From NCBI GenBank assembly GCA_963664225.1, contig OY760937.1:1344001-1408000 (forward strand): a stretch of DNA of 64,000 nt, in the 5' to 3' direction. This stretch comes from Verrucomicrobiia bacterium (GTDB lineage: Bacteria > Verrucomicrobiota > Verrucomicrobiia > Limisphaerales > UBA1319). A program made the position numbers and the translations under genes. This document shows positions 55,331 to 64,000 of the stretch, one piece after another. Each line of letters opens with the position of its first letter. Within the stretch, counting starts at the first letter, position 1. Under the pieces are notes generated by a model, which saw only the letters and a program-made list of their open reading frames with translations, did no database searches and was not told where the DNA came from.

Positions 55331-56437
55331 CTACCGCTTTTCAATCTCCGTCGGCCGCACCACCTGCAGGAATACCACCGCACTGCTGCAGCCCCACGAA
55401 TGTCTCCGACCCTCCGGCGTGGGCTGCGGCCATCGGCACCAGGAAAGGTTGTCTGACAAGCGGCGCCCCTGCCACGCGGCCTCTGCGTTTTTCTGCAACC
55501 ACGGTTCAAACGTCGTTTGCGCGTTGCGCTCCTTCATGAAGCGCGCAATCCATCGCGCGCCGATTCCATTGAAACCGCCGCCATCGCCAGCCTCTCCGGC
55601 AGGGGGCATCAACCCCTCCTTGCAAAGGTTGGTCATCGTGAAAGTGGCCGCCAGCATGGCTTCATTCGTGAAACCGAGGAAGTTCGCCGCGCCGACAAAG
55701 GTGCCCTGGTTATACGTCAGCGCAAACCTCGCCAGCCGTCCGTTGACGTTGATGCTGTCACAAATTCGTCCCGTCTTGGGATCGAACAATGTGTCGCGTT
55801 CCCAAAGGAAAAGGTTTGTGGCTGTTGTAAAGTAGGACTTTTCGCCCGTTGCGCGGCCCAGCAGAAATGCCGCGATTGAACCCGGCCCGTTTACGCACGC
55901 GTTCTTCGACTGGTTGTTCGTCTTCCACCACAAGCCGCCTCCCAGGTCCGACGACGCCGCTCGCGCATAACAGAGGTCGAAGTTCGTTCGCGCCACATCG
56001 CGGAACTCTGAATTGCCGGTCAGCAGATGCGCCCGCGTGCAGGCAATGACCATCCACATGATGTCATCGTTGAACTCGTTGTGGGCCCAATTCGTGCCGT
56101 GATCGGCCAGGAATCCTCGAAACAGGTTGGTGAACATCACCAGTTGCTGCGCATTGGTGGTTCGTTCATAGGCGTCCAGCACCATCTCCATCTGTTCCGC
56201 GCGCATCCAGTAGGAGACTTTTCCACCCTCCGTGTTCTCCTTGAACCAGGCGCGCCCATTCTTTTCTTTGTAAAATGCCTGGGTGTGCGCCTGGAATAGC
56301 GTGTCGGCGTCCGCCGATGTAAAGGCTTGGGAAATTAACGCCCCGCCAAAAACCGCAAGGCATAATCCCGAGTAGAGCATCGCACGGTGCCACCACGCCC
56401 GGCCATGAGCGACAGTTCTGGTCAACTTCATGATCAT
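55331..56437 (-). CDS. Glycoside hydrolase family 76 (alpha-1,6-mannanase)
   Basis: FNDDIMW, GGGLWW, KNAC.N, TYNQG and F.GI..RW motifs. Confidence 0.88.
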   Translation of the reverse strand: MIMKLTRTVAHGRAWWHRAMLYSGLCLAVFGGALISQAFTSADADTLFQAHTQAFYKEKNGRAWFKENTEGGKVSYWMRAEQMEMVLDAYERTTNAQQLVMFTNLFRGFLADHGTNWAHNEFNDDIMWMVIACTRAHLLTGNSEFRDVARTNFDLCYARAASSDLGGGLWWKTNNQSKNACVNGPGSIAAFLLGRATGEKSYFTTATNLFLWERDTLFDPKTGRICDSINVNGRLARFALTYNQGTFVGAANFLGFTNEAMLAATFTMTNLCKEGLMPPAGEAGDGGGFNGIGARWIARFMKERNAQTTFEPWLQKNAEAAWQGRRLSDNLSWCRWPQPTPEGRRHSWGCSSAVVFLQVVRPTEIEKR

Positions 56438-56464
56438 TAAGTTTTCGTCCGATTCACCGACATT

Positions 56465-57940
56465 TTACTTTGCCGTCGTCAAATGCCGGCCAGCGCGGTA
56501 ACCATAAATTCCGTAAAACGCGATGTAGGCAAACGCGATCATGGGGACCACGAACGAAGCCTGTATGCCCCATGCGTCGGCAATTCTGCCCTGTAACGGC
56601 GGGAGGATTGCGCCTCCCACGATCGCCATGACCAGGAGCGAGGAGGCCTGGCTCTTGAGCGCGCCCAAACCCTCAATGGCCAATGAGAAAATGTTCGACC
56701 ACATGACCGAACAGAACAGGCCCACGCTCAGAATCGCCCACTTGGCGGTCTCTCCTCCGGTCATGATTCCCGTGGCCAGCAGCGTGATGATCACGCCGCT
56801 GAACAGCAGCAGCATGCGTTGCGGGCTGGATTCACCCAGAAAGAAGGCTACCAGCAGGATCCCGAGGAACATTCCGTAGTGTTTGGCGTTCTCAAAGCTG
56901 CAGAGGTCGGCGGCCGCCGAGGCCCACGGCATTTGCAGCGCGGAACCCACGGCAGGAAGCGCAACGATCACTCCAAAGGCCACCAGCGGCACCAGAATAA
57001 CCAGCGTGTGCTTGACGCTGCCCCGCAGGTTGGACAGGGAGAAGGCCCCCATGAAGCGCCCGATCATAAGGCCGCCCCAGTAGAACGCCAGGTAGCTGCT
57101 GGCCGTTTCTTTCGGCAGGCTCCCCAGCTTTTCGGTGCCGAGAAAATTGACAATCGCGCTGCCGACGCTGACCTCTCCTCCGACATACATGAAGATGGCC
57201 AGCATGCCCAGAACCGTGTGCGGATGCTTTAGAGCGCCTGCGCCCCGTTCGATTTGCTCCGTGTTTGTGAAACTCGGAAGGTGCGTGAATTTGAAAAACA
57301 CCGCCAGGATCAGGAACACTCCGGCAAAGCAAAGGTACGGTATTTTCACCGAGTCCGCGCCATGCGCATTCTTGCTGGTGAAATAGGCGAAGATGAGCCA
57401 GCCGCCGATGATCGGCCCAATGGTCGTGCCAAAAGAATTGAACGCCTGCGACAAATTCAACCGGCTTGAGGCGGTGCGTTCCGGCCCCAGGATCGTCACA
57501 TAAGGATTGGCCGCGATCTGCAGCATGGCAAAACCCAGCCCGACGATGAACAGGGCCAGCAGGAAGAACGGATAGGAGGCCATCGCCGCCGCAGGGTAGA
57601 AAAGCGCGCTGCCTAACGCGGCAACCAGCAATCCAATGATGACGCCGTTCTTGTATCCGATCCGGTTGATCGGATCGCCTGAGATCATCGAGGTGATGTA
57701 ATACAACAACGCGCCGCATCCATAGGCCCCGAAGAAGGCGAATTGCACGAGCATCGCTTGAAAATAGCTCAGCGTGAACGCCTCCTTGAAACGGGGAATC
57801 AGGATGTCGTTCCACACGGTCATGAATCCCCACATGAAGAAGAGGACCGTCATGGTCACGAAAGGACCGCGGTATGTTTTTCCCTCATCACTTTGCGATG
57901 AGAGCTTGTTCGGGCTGGTTGTTGAACCAATGGTCGCCAT
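56465..57940 (-). CDS. FucP/GluP-family sugar:H+ symporter
   Basis: LFFMWGF, LQIAANPY, RLNLSQAFNS, YVGGEV and MAIVGGA motifs. Confidence 0.9.
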   Translation of the reverse strand: MATIGSTTSPNKLSSQSDEGKTYRGPFVTMTVLFFMWGFMTVWNDILIPRFKEAFTLSYFQAMLVQFAFFGAYGCGALLYYITSMISGDPINRIGYKNGVIIGLLVAALGSALFYPAAAMASYPFFLLALFIVGLGFAMLQIAANPYVTILGPERTASSRLNLSQAFNSFGTTIGPIIGGWLIFAYFTSKNAHGADSVKIPYLCFAGVFLILAVFFKFTHLPSFTNTEQIERGAGALKHPHTVLGMLAIFMYVGGEVSVGSAIVNFLGTEKLGSLPKETASSYLAFYWGGLMIGRFMGAFSLSNLRGSVKHTLVILVPLVAFGVIVALPAVGSALQMPWASAAADLCSFENAKHYGMFLGILLVAFFLGESSPQRMLLLFSGVIITLLATGIMTGGETAKWAILSVGLFCSVMWSNIFSLAIEGLGALKSQASSLLVMAIVGGAILPPLQGRIADAWGIQASFVVPMIAFAYIAFYGIYGYRAGRHLTTAK

Positions 57941-57995
57941 GATTTTTAGGGTGCTTGGGTTAATGTTCAGAAATGTTTCGGCATCATTAGGTGCC

Positions 57996-60281
57996 TTATT
58001 TGCCGGGGGCGGCCATCGCCGCAGGTGGACGGCTTTCCGGTGCCGATCCCCACTTTTTCTCAGGTGCCGAGCTCATTTGAAAAACAATCTCACCACCCTT
58101 CAGCATTGTTTCGTGATCGAGGAACACCTTGTCATACGCGGCTCCATTGAGTTGCGCGCCCCGGATGTAGGGGTGCTGTGGACCATTCTCTAGCGCGGAA
58201 ATCGTGAACTTCCTGCCGTCCGCCAGACTCAGTGTGGCGCGGTTGAACAATGGGCTGCCGATCGCATAGATCGTCGTCCCCGGAGTGACGGGATAAAAGC
58301 CCAGCGCGCTCAGGACGAACCATGCCGAGGTTTGACCGGTGTCCTCATCCCCGCAGAGGCCATCGGGCGTCGCCTGGTAAAGCCGGGTCATCACTGTGCG
58401 CACCTTGGACTGCGCCTTCCAAGGTTGGCCCACATAATCGTAGAGGTAAATCATGTGGTGGATCGGTTCGTTGCCGTGCGCGTATTGGCCCATGTCCAGC
58501 GCGGTCATTTCCGTCATCTCATGAATCGCAAAACCGTAACTGCCCCAGTTGAAGGTGTTGGGCGCCGTGAAAACCGAATCAAGCTTGTCCGCAAAAGCCC
58601 TTTCGCCGCCCATTAGTTTGACCAGGCCGGGAATGTCCTGAAACACGCTCCAGGTCCAATGCCAGGAGCAACCCTCGGTGAACGGGCCGCCCCATTCCGT
58701 GGGATCGAACGGCTCACACCAGGCGCCGTTTTCCTGGCGGCCCCGCACAAATCCGATTTTGGCATCGAACAGGTTGGTGTAATTCATCGTCTTTTTGGTA
58801 AACACTTCCGCCTCGCTGTCCCGTCCAATGGCCCGGGCCAGTTGTGCGGCGCAGAAATCGTCGTAGGCAAACTCCAGGGTCTGTGCGGCGGCCTCGCGAA
58901 TGGTGGGTGAGGGGACATAGCCCACGGTATTGTAAAACTTCACGCCTTTGCGCCCCAGCGTGTTGATTGGGCCCTCGGCATTGGCGTCATGAACCATCGC
59001 GTCCACGGCCTTCTTCGGGTCGAAGCTGCGGATGCCTTTGGCCCAGCCGTCGGCCAGAAGCGAAAAGGCGTGGTTGCCGATCATGCAATCCCGGTGTCCG
59101 GGACTGGACCAGGAGGGCAGCCAGCCACTCTGATCGTAGGCATTGAGCAGTCCCTGCAGAATCTCCGCGCTCACCTCGGGAAAGAGCAGGTTGTAAAGCG
59201 GATGCGCTGCGCGAAACGTGTCCCAAAAACCGGTGTCGGTGTAGAGAACGCCTTCGTGAACCTTGCCATCGTAGGGGCTGAAATAAACTTTATGGCCTTG
59301 TTCGTCCATTTCGTAAAACTTGTGCGGATACAAGATGCTGCGATATAGCGCACTGTAGAACGTCCTCTGTTGATCGTCGGTTCCGCCTTCAACCCGGGCT
59401 CGCCCGAGAGCCTCGTTCCAGCGTTCCTCCGCCCGGAGGCGGATGGATTGAAAGTCCGCGTCGCCAATCTCTTGCTGCAGGTTTCGCAACGCCTGTTCCG
59501 GGCTGATGAATGACGAAGCCACTTTGCAGCCAACCACATGGCTGGACCCCGTCTTGAATTTGAAATACGCCCCCGCGTGCTTGTTCTCCAGCTTCGACAC
59601 CCCCGCCTGAACACCTTCCGGCGTCCAGACTCCGTGCTCCTCAAAAGGTTGGTCGAAAACCACCACAAAGTAATTTCCAAAGCCCTTTGGCACTCCCCCG
59701 TGGTTGTTCCGGCAGACGCCGATAACCTTGTTTTCCGAGGCGATGATTTCCACCGACGAACCGCCGCTGAAGGCGTCCAACACCACGTAGGACGCGTCGT
59801 CCCCATCGAAGGTGAATTGGAAACGGGCCGCCCGTTCCGTGGGCGTCACCTCGGCCGTGGCCTTCCAGGTGTCCAGGCGCACACTGTAGTAGCTCGGTTC
59901 GGCGACTTCATTCTCGTGCTTGAATTCCGAGGCCCGGTCATTCTCGTTGACCGCCAGCTTGCCGCTGACCGGCATCAGGGCAAAGGCCGCGTAATCCCCG
60001 ATCCACGGGCTGGGCTGATGCGTTTGCCGAATGCCGCGGATTTTCTTTTGCGGATACTGGTAATAAAAACTGTCGCTCTCAGGCTGGGTGTAAGGCGCCC
60101 AGGTGTTCATCGGAAACGGCAGCGCGATGGCCGGATACTCGTTTCCATGGGAATACCCGGAGGTGGAATCGGTCCCCTGCATCGGATTAGCCAGCCTGAC
60201 CAGTGGGGTGGGCGTCGCTGCGATCTCGGCGGTTGCCAGCCCCAGAACGCTCAACCACAATAGCAAATTATTTTGTTTCAT
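57996..60281 (-). CDS. Glycoside hydrolase family 92 alpha-mannosidase
   Basis: Signal peptide from ATG 60281; THQPSPWIGDY, GFWDTFR, HGNEP and GDEDTGQ.SAW motifs. Confidence 0.92.
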   Translation of the reverse strand: MKQNNLLLWLSVLGLATAEIAATPTPLVRLANPMQGTDSTSGYSHGNEYPAIALPFPMNTWAPYTQPESDSFYYQYPQKKIRGIRQTHQPSPWIGDYAAFALMPVSGKLAVNENDRASEFKHENEVAEPSYYSVRLDTWKATAEVTPTERAARFQFTFDGDDASYVVLDAFSGGSSVEIIASENKVIGVCRNNHGGVPKGFGNYFVVVFDQPFEEHGVWTPEGVQAGVSKLENKHAGAYFKFKTGSSHVVGCKVASSFISPEQALRNLQQEIGDADFQSIRLRAEERWNEALGRARVEGGTDDQQRTFYSALYRSILYPHKFYEMDEQGHKVYFSPYDGKVHEGVLYTDTGFWDTFRAAHPLYNLLFPEVSAEILQGLLNAYDQSGWLPSWSSPGHRDCMIGNHAFSLLADGWAKGIRSFDPKKAVDAMVHDANAEGPINTLGRKGVKFYNTVGYVPSPTIREAAAQTLEFAYDDFCAAQLARAIGRDSEAEVFTKKTMNYTNLFDAKIGFVRGRQENGAWCEPFDPTEWGGPFTEGCSWHWTWSVFQDIPGLVKLMGGERAFADKLDSVFTAPNTFNWGSYGFAIHEMTEMTALDMGQYAHGNEPIHHMIYLYDYVGQPWKAQSKVRTVMTRLYQATPDGLCGDEDTGQTSAWFVLSALGFYPVTPGTTIYAIGSPLFNRATLSLADGRKFTISALENGPQHPYIRGAQLNGAAYDKVFLDHETMLKGGEIVFQMSSAPEKKWGSAPESRPPAAMAAPGK

Positions 60282-60452
60282 CGGATTTCCATTATTCATG
60301 CCCCATCGGCACTCTGTTGGGTGTGGTGGGAGATTACCTGTAGTCCGGTTTATTTCAAGACCGAACCTCTGCAGGTCGCGGGGTTCATCGAAATGAATCG
60401 GCAGGCCGGCGTTTTGTGCTTTCGCTTTACAACGAAAAGGCCAACTGGTTAG

Positions 60453-61898
60453 ATGGTTCCCATGCCCACACGAAGAGATTTTATCAAAGCCACCGGTTTG
60501 GCCACTGCCGCCATTGGAGCGGGACTCGTTTCCGTCAACGCTGCAGCCGTTTCCGGATTCACTTCCATGCGTCCGGCGCCGGAGAAACGCCGCTTCTCGA
60601 GTCAGGCGGTCGAAGACACCATCGTCGAGGTTAAAAAGGCGATGGGCGACGACGAATTGGCCTGGATGTTTGAAAACTGTTTCCCCAACACCCTCGACAC
60701 TACGGTTACGTATTACGAGAAGAACGGGAAGCCCTACACCTATATCATCACCGGCGATATCGACGCCATGTGGCTGCGCGATTCCTCCGCCCAAGTCTGG
60801 CCCTATCTCCCGCTTTGCAACAAGGATGAAAAGCTCAAAAAGCTTCTTCAGGGCGCCATCAACAAGCAGGCGGAATTTGTCCTGCTCGACCCCTACGCCA
60901 ACGCGTTCTATGACGATCCCAAAAAGAAAGGCGAGTGGGCGAGTGATAACACTCAGATGAAACCCGGTGTTCACGAACGCAAATGGGAGGTGGATTCCCT
61001 TTGCTACGTGATTCGCCTGGCCCATGGCTATTGGAAGGCGACCGGCGACAGCACCCCTTTTGATTCCCAGTGGCAGGATGCGATGAAGCTCATTGTGAAG
61101 ACCTTCAAGGAGCAGCAGCGCAAGGAAAACAAAGGTCCGTACAAGTTCCAAAGGAAAACAACGGTGCCCACCGACACCCAGTTTGGAGGCGGCTGGGGCA
61201 ACCCCACGAAGAAGGTCGGCCTTATCCACTCCATGTTCCGTCCGTCTGACGATTCGACGTTTTATCCGTTCCTCATTTCGTCAAATATGTTTGCCGTCGT
61301 GTCCTTGCGGCAGTTGAGCGATATCTTTGCCACCGTGGTCAAGGATGCCACCTTTGCCGCCGAGTGCCGGGCCCTCGCCACGGAGGTCGATGCCGCCATC
61401 AAACACTACGCCCACGCCCGTCACCTGGATTTCGGCCAGATTTATGCCCTGGAAATCGACGGTTTCGGCAACATGCTCTTCATGGACGACGCCAATGTGC
61501 CGAACTTGCTCTCCATCCCCTACCTCGGTTACGCCTCCATTGACGATCCGGTTTACAAAAACTCGCGCCGTTTCTCCTTGAGCCACAGCAATCCCTGGTA
61601 TCACGAAGGCAAATTTGCTGCCGGGATCGGCGGACCCCACGTCGGCGAAAACAAGATCTGGCCCCTGGGCATCGTCATGCGTGCGCTCACCAGCCATGAT
61701 GACAAGGAGATTGTTTATTGCCTGACAACTCTTAAGAAAACTCATGCGGGAACCGGATTCATTCACGAATCCTTCCATGTGGATGATCCCAAGGACTTTT
61801 CGCGTTCCTGGTTCGCCTGGGCGAATACCATATTCGGTGAATTGATTTGCCAGCTTTACAAGGAAAAACCCGACTTGCTCAAACGAAAGTTGGATTAG
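60453..61898 (+). CDS. Glycoside hydrolase family 125 exo-alpha-1,6-mannosidase, Tat-exported
   Basis: TRRDFIK Tat motif; NTLDTT, TGDIDAMWLRDS, ERKWEVDS, MDDANVP and WFAWAN motifs. Confidence 0.93.
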   Translation: MVPMPTRRDFIKATGLATAAIGAGLVSVNAAAVSGFTSMRPAPEKRRFSSQAVEDTIVEVKKAMGDDELAWMFENCFPNTLDTTVTYYEKNGKPYTYIITGDIDAMWLRDSSAQVWPYLPLCNKDEKLKKLLQGAINKQAEFVLLDPYANAFYDDPKKKGEWASDNTQMKPGVHERKWEVDSLCYVIRLAHGYWKATGDSTPFDSQWQDAMKLIVKTFKEQQRKENKGPYKFQRKTTVPTDTQFGGGWGNPTKKVGLIHSMFRPSDDSTFYPFLISSNMFAVVSLRQLSDIFATVVKDATFAAECRALATEVDAAIKHYAHARHLDFGQIYALEIDGFGNMLFMDDANVPNLLSIPYLGYASIDDPVYKNSRRFSLSHSNPWYHEGKFAAGIGGPHVGENKIWPLGIVMRALTSHDDKEIVYCLTTLKKTHAGTGFIHESFHVDDPKDFSRSWFAWANTIFGELICQLYKEKPDLLKRKLD

Positions 61899-62269
61899 CC
61901 GGAATTGCCCGGCAACCTGATGAGCGCCAAAAGATACCGGCGCTTTCCTGAAGGCGTCGAACCAGATCGGACATCCCAATCTGGTTCGGGTTGACCAGTT
62001 TAACAAGCGGCCACCGTCCGACCTTTGAAGAAAGCCGTCGATGGTGATGTCCAGGCGCAAGTCAGGACAAATTCCAATAACCCGCCTTGTTTCTCCCTTT
62101 ACGGTTTGTTCAACCCCAAATGCGAATTTTAACTTTCGCGCAATTCGCTCATGCAGCGAATGAATCCCATTTTCTTAATCCGCATAAGGGCCGATCTGGC
62201 ACCCTCGGCATGCGGAATTAATTTGCAATCTCGTTTTACAGGTGGACTTTACAGACAGAGCGCAAAACC

Positions 62270-62521
62270 ATGAAAACCTTTATCATCACGGACGGCGGAG
62301 TCACGCAGACGGCCTCAACCTTAACCGATGCGGCCGAGATTTGCGAACGCTGGTACGACTCAATGCAGGCCAACGGTACAATGCCATCCGTGCCACCACC
62401 CGATCTCGACGCAAGCAGCCTCGACGCGCTGAATGCCAGCATTGACGCATGGGAGCAGGGGATCGCCCAGCAAAGCGGAAGCAAGTGTGCAAAGCTCAGT
62501 GTTACCTTAATGCAGCCGTAA
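62270..62521 (+). CDS. Small acidic hypothetical protein
   Basis: 83-aa ORF with protein-like composition in an otherwise non-coding gap. Confidence 0.5.
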   Translation: MKTFIITDGGVTQTASTLTDAAEICERWYDSMQANGTMPSVPPPDLDASSLDALNASIDAWEQGIAQQSGSKCAKLSVTLMQP

Positions 62522-62778
62522 TAACACTCCAAGCCATCGGGTGGTCGTTTTGAGGAATCGGACGTCTCTTGCATGCATGCGCCCCCCCCTTCCACAAAAA
62601 ACCTTGTTCTTATTCACGCCATTGTCGCGGCGAACCCTGTGGCGCCAATCTTTCCAATGCCAGGCTGGATTGCTTTTGACTTATTGGGGGATGAAATGTT
62701 GCACTCACAAAGAGTTGTGTATGGCTGCATTTTGTGTTAAACTCAAGGACGTTAATTGAGTAAGGGATATGGAATTTC

Positions 62779-63537
62779 ATGAAAGCCAATGATAAAACAT
62801 CGATCTGTGCGCCCATCAGATCAATGCCGGTGATTTCTTCCTTTGGCATTGCGGCATCTCCGCATTGGACCAGGGTTTTGTGCGCGGTTTTGTGTTCGTG
62901 TCTGATGCTGGCGGCTTATTCCGGCATTGCTGCGGAACAGTCCACAAATTCAAGTCCATCAATGACACTTGATGTCAAACCGGACCTCCAGACTTCCTCC
63001 GGCATTTGGCGGGATGGAATTGGAACTGGCTTCCAAAAAGGAACTGAGGAAGGATCCCTTGCCTTTGGAACGGGAATAGGGATGCGGAGCTTTGGAAGCA
63101 CTCAGGCGCATGATTTGATGCTGGGCCGCGTTGGTTACGGACGCATCTTGACAGATGTGATCGGAGGCAACTGTTGCTTGCGTGGAAATCTGGAGGGCGG
63201 GGTGGAATTACTGGGTGGTGGACAGTATTATCCCAGGGGAGCATACCTCTTCGGATTGACGCCGCTCCTTCGCTATAATATTGCGACGGGCAGCCGGTGG
63301 ATGCCGTTTATGGATGCCGGAGCTGGAGTGTCGGCCACGGATATTGGAAGGCCGGACTTGGGCAGCGTTTTCGAGTTCAATCTTCAGGCTGGTGCGGGAT
63401 GCCACTATTTTCTTAAGCAAAATCTGGCCCTGACTCTCCAATACCGCATTATTCATCTGTCAAATGCACGGATCGCCACTCCCAATCTTGGTGCCAATGC
63501 CAGCCTTGTGTATCTGGGCATCATCCGCTTCTTCTGA
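62779..63537 (+). CDS. PagL-like (acyloxyacyl hydrolase / lipid A deacylase family) outer-membrane protein
   Basis: GLTPLLRYN, PF.DAGAG, FEFN.Q.G.G and HLSNA....PN.G.N motifs; terminal Phe. Confidence 0.8.
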   Translation: MKANDKTSICAPIRSMPVISSFGIAASPHWTRVLCAVLCSCLMLAAYSGIAAEQSTNSSPSMTLDVKPDLQTSSGIWRDGIGTGFQKGTEEGSLAFGTGIGMRSFGSTQAHDLMLGRVGYGRILTDVIGGNCCLRGNLEGGVELLGGGQYYPRGAYLFGLTPLLRYNIATGSRWMPFMDAGAGVSATDIGRPDLGSVFEFNLQAGAGCHYFLKQNLALTLQYRIIHLSNARIATPNLGANASLVYLGIIRFF

Positions 63538-63694
63538 GCCTGAATTCACCAGTTAGGGGCGAACTGATCGAAGTTTTGAGCCAGTGAGGTGGACACGGTG
63601 ATTTCCTTTCAGCAGCGGCTATGAAGCTGCACCCCTGTTTCCGTATGGAATTGTCCGGGGGAACTCGGGACTAACCCCGGGATTTTTATCTGGC

Positions 63695-64000
63695 TTAAGC
63701 AAGATCCTCCAGCAGCAGGCGCGCACTGATGCGGGCGGATTCAAAAATCACCGGCAGACCACTCCCGGGATGTGTGCCGCCCCCCACCAGATACATGCGG
63801 TCGAATTCCTCGAAACGGTTGCGCGGGCGCAAATGGAGCATCTGGCCGAGATTGTGGGCAAGATTGAAAGTCGCACCGCGATAGATTCCAACTTTGTTTT
63901 CCCACTCAGCCGGGGTGACCATGCGCTCGAAGCGAATGCGCTTTTCGATGTCGGTCAAACCCAGTTTGGCCAGTTGCCGCAATGCGACTTGCCGGTAGCG
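63695..64000 (-). CDS. Phytoene desaturase family protein (C-terminal part)
   Basis: [13 protein letters not shown]...RP.N and [14 protein letters not shown] motifs. Confidence 0.85.
   Translation of the reverse strand, partial: RYRQVALRQLAKLGLTDIEKRIRFERMVTPAEWENKVGIYRGATFNLAHNLGQMLHLRPRNRFEEFDRMYLVGGGTHPGSGLPVIFESARISARLLLEDLA

Noticed and set aside
60282..61229. Apparent 1077-aa GH92 with a long N-terminal extension
   Set aside because: The extension is mostly the antisense frame of GH125; a clear signal peptide begins at ATG 60281.
1..64000. CRISPR array, rRNA or intact tRNA
   Set aside because: No regularly spaced repeat-spacer pattern or full RNA gene was seen; only the tRNA 3' fragment at 52929-52950.

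Overview
This is bacterial DNA; the protein style suggests a Verrucomicrobia/PVC organism, which is an inference only. Positions 1-52950 look like the right part of a large, decaying genomic island. It ends at a duplicated tRNA 3' end (52929-52950, probably tRNA-Leu) preceded by a tandem 12-bp repeat; no integrase is in the window. The island carries six blocks. (i) A glycogen phosphorylase / PPK2 / gnd / zwf / ackA / PRC-barrel block and a LemA / M48 / P3A H+-ATPase block share a five-copy TATGGGGT..CCCAC upstream motif. (ii) An IS630 remnant is inserted in the 3' end of a formyltransferase gene, next to mobile-element leading-region genes (DUF932, phage-type adenine methylase). (iii) An OmpR/HAMP two-component pair has a Gly-Met repeat in the sensor. 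(iv) An ECF sigma/anti-sigma pair has four matching TGTAAC-N15-GRCTC promoters in front of thiol/sulfur genes. (v) An OrpR-like sigma54 activator has paired enhancer sites and two -24/-12 promoters driving an IscU-Mrp-NifX fusion and other genes. (vi) An ArsR-led operon encodes an exported thioredoxin-NosL-MerB-like fusion, CcdA, ArsP and a MacAB-like exporter; this is the best candidate for an undescribed system. Beyond the att site lie a GH76/GH92/GH125 alpha-mannan locus, a PagL-like gene and the 3' end of a phytoene desaturase. All calls come from motif recognition by eye; no database searches were run.
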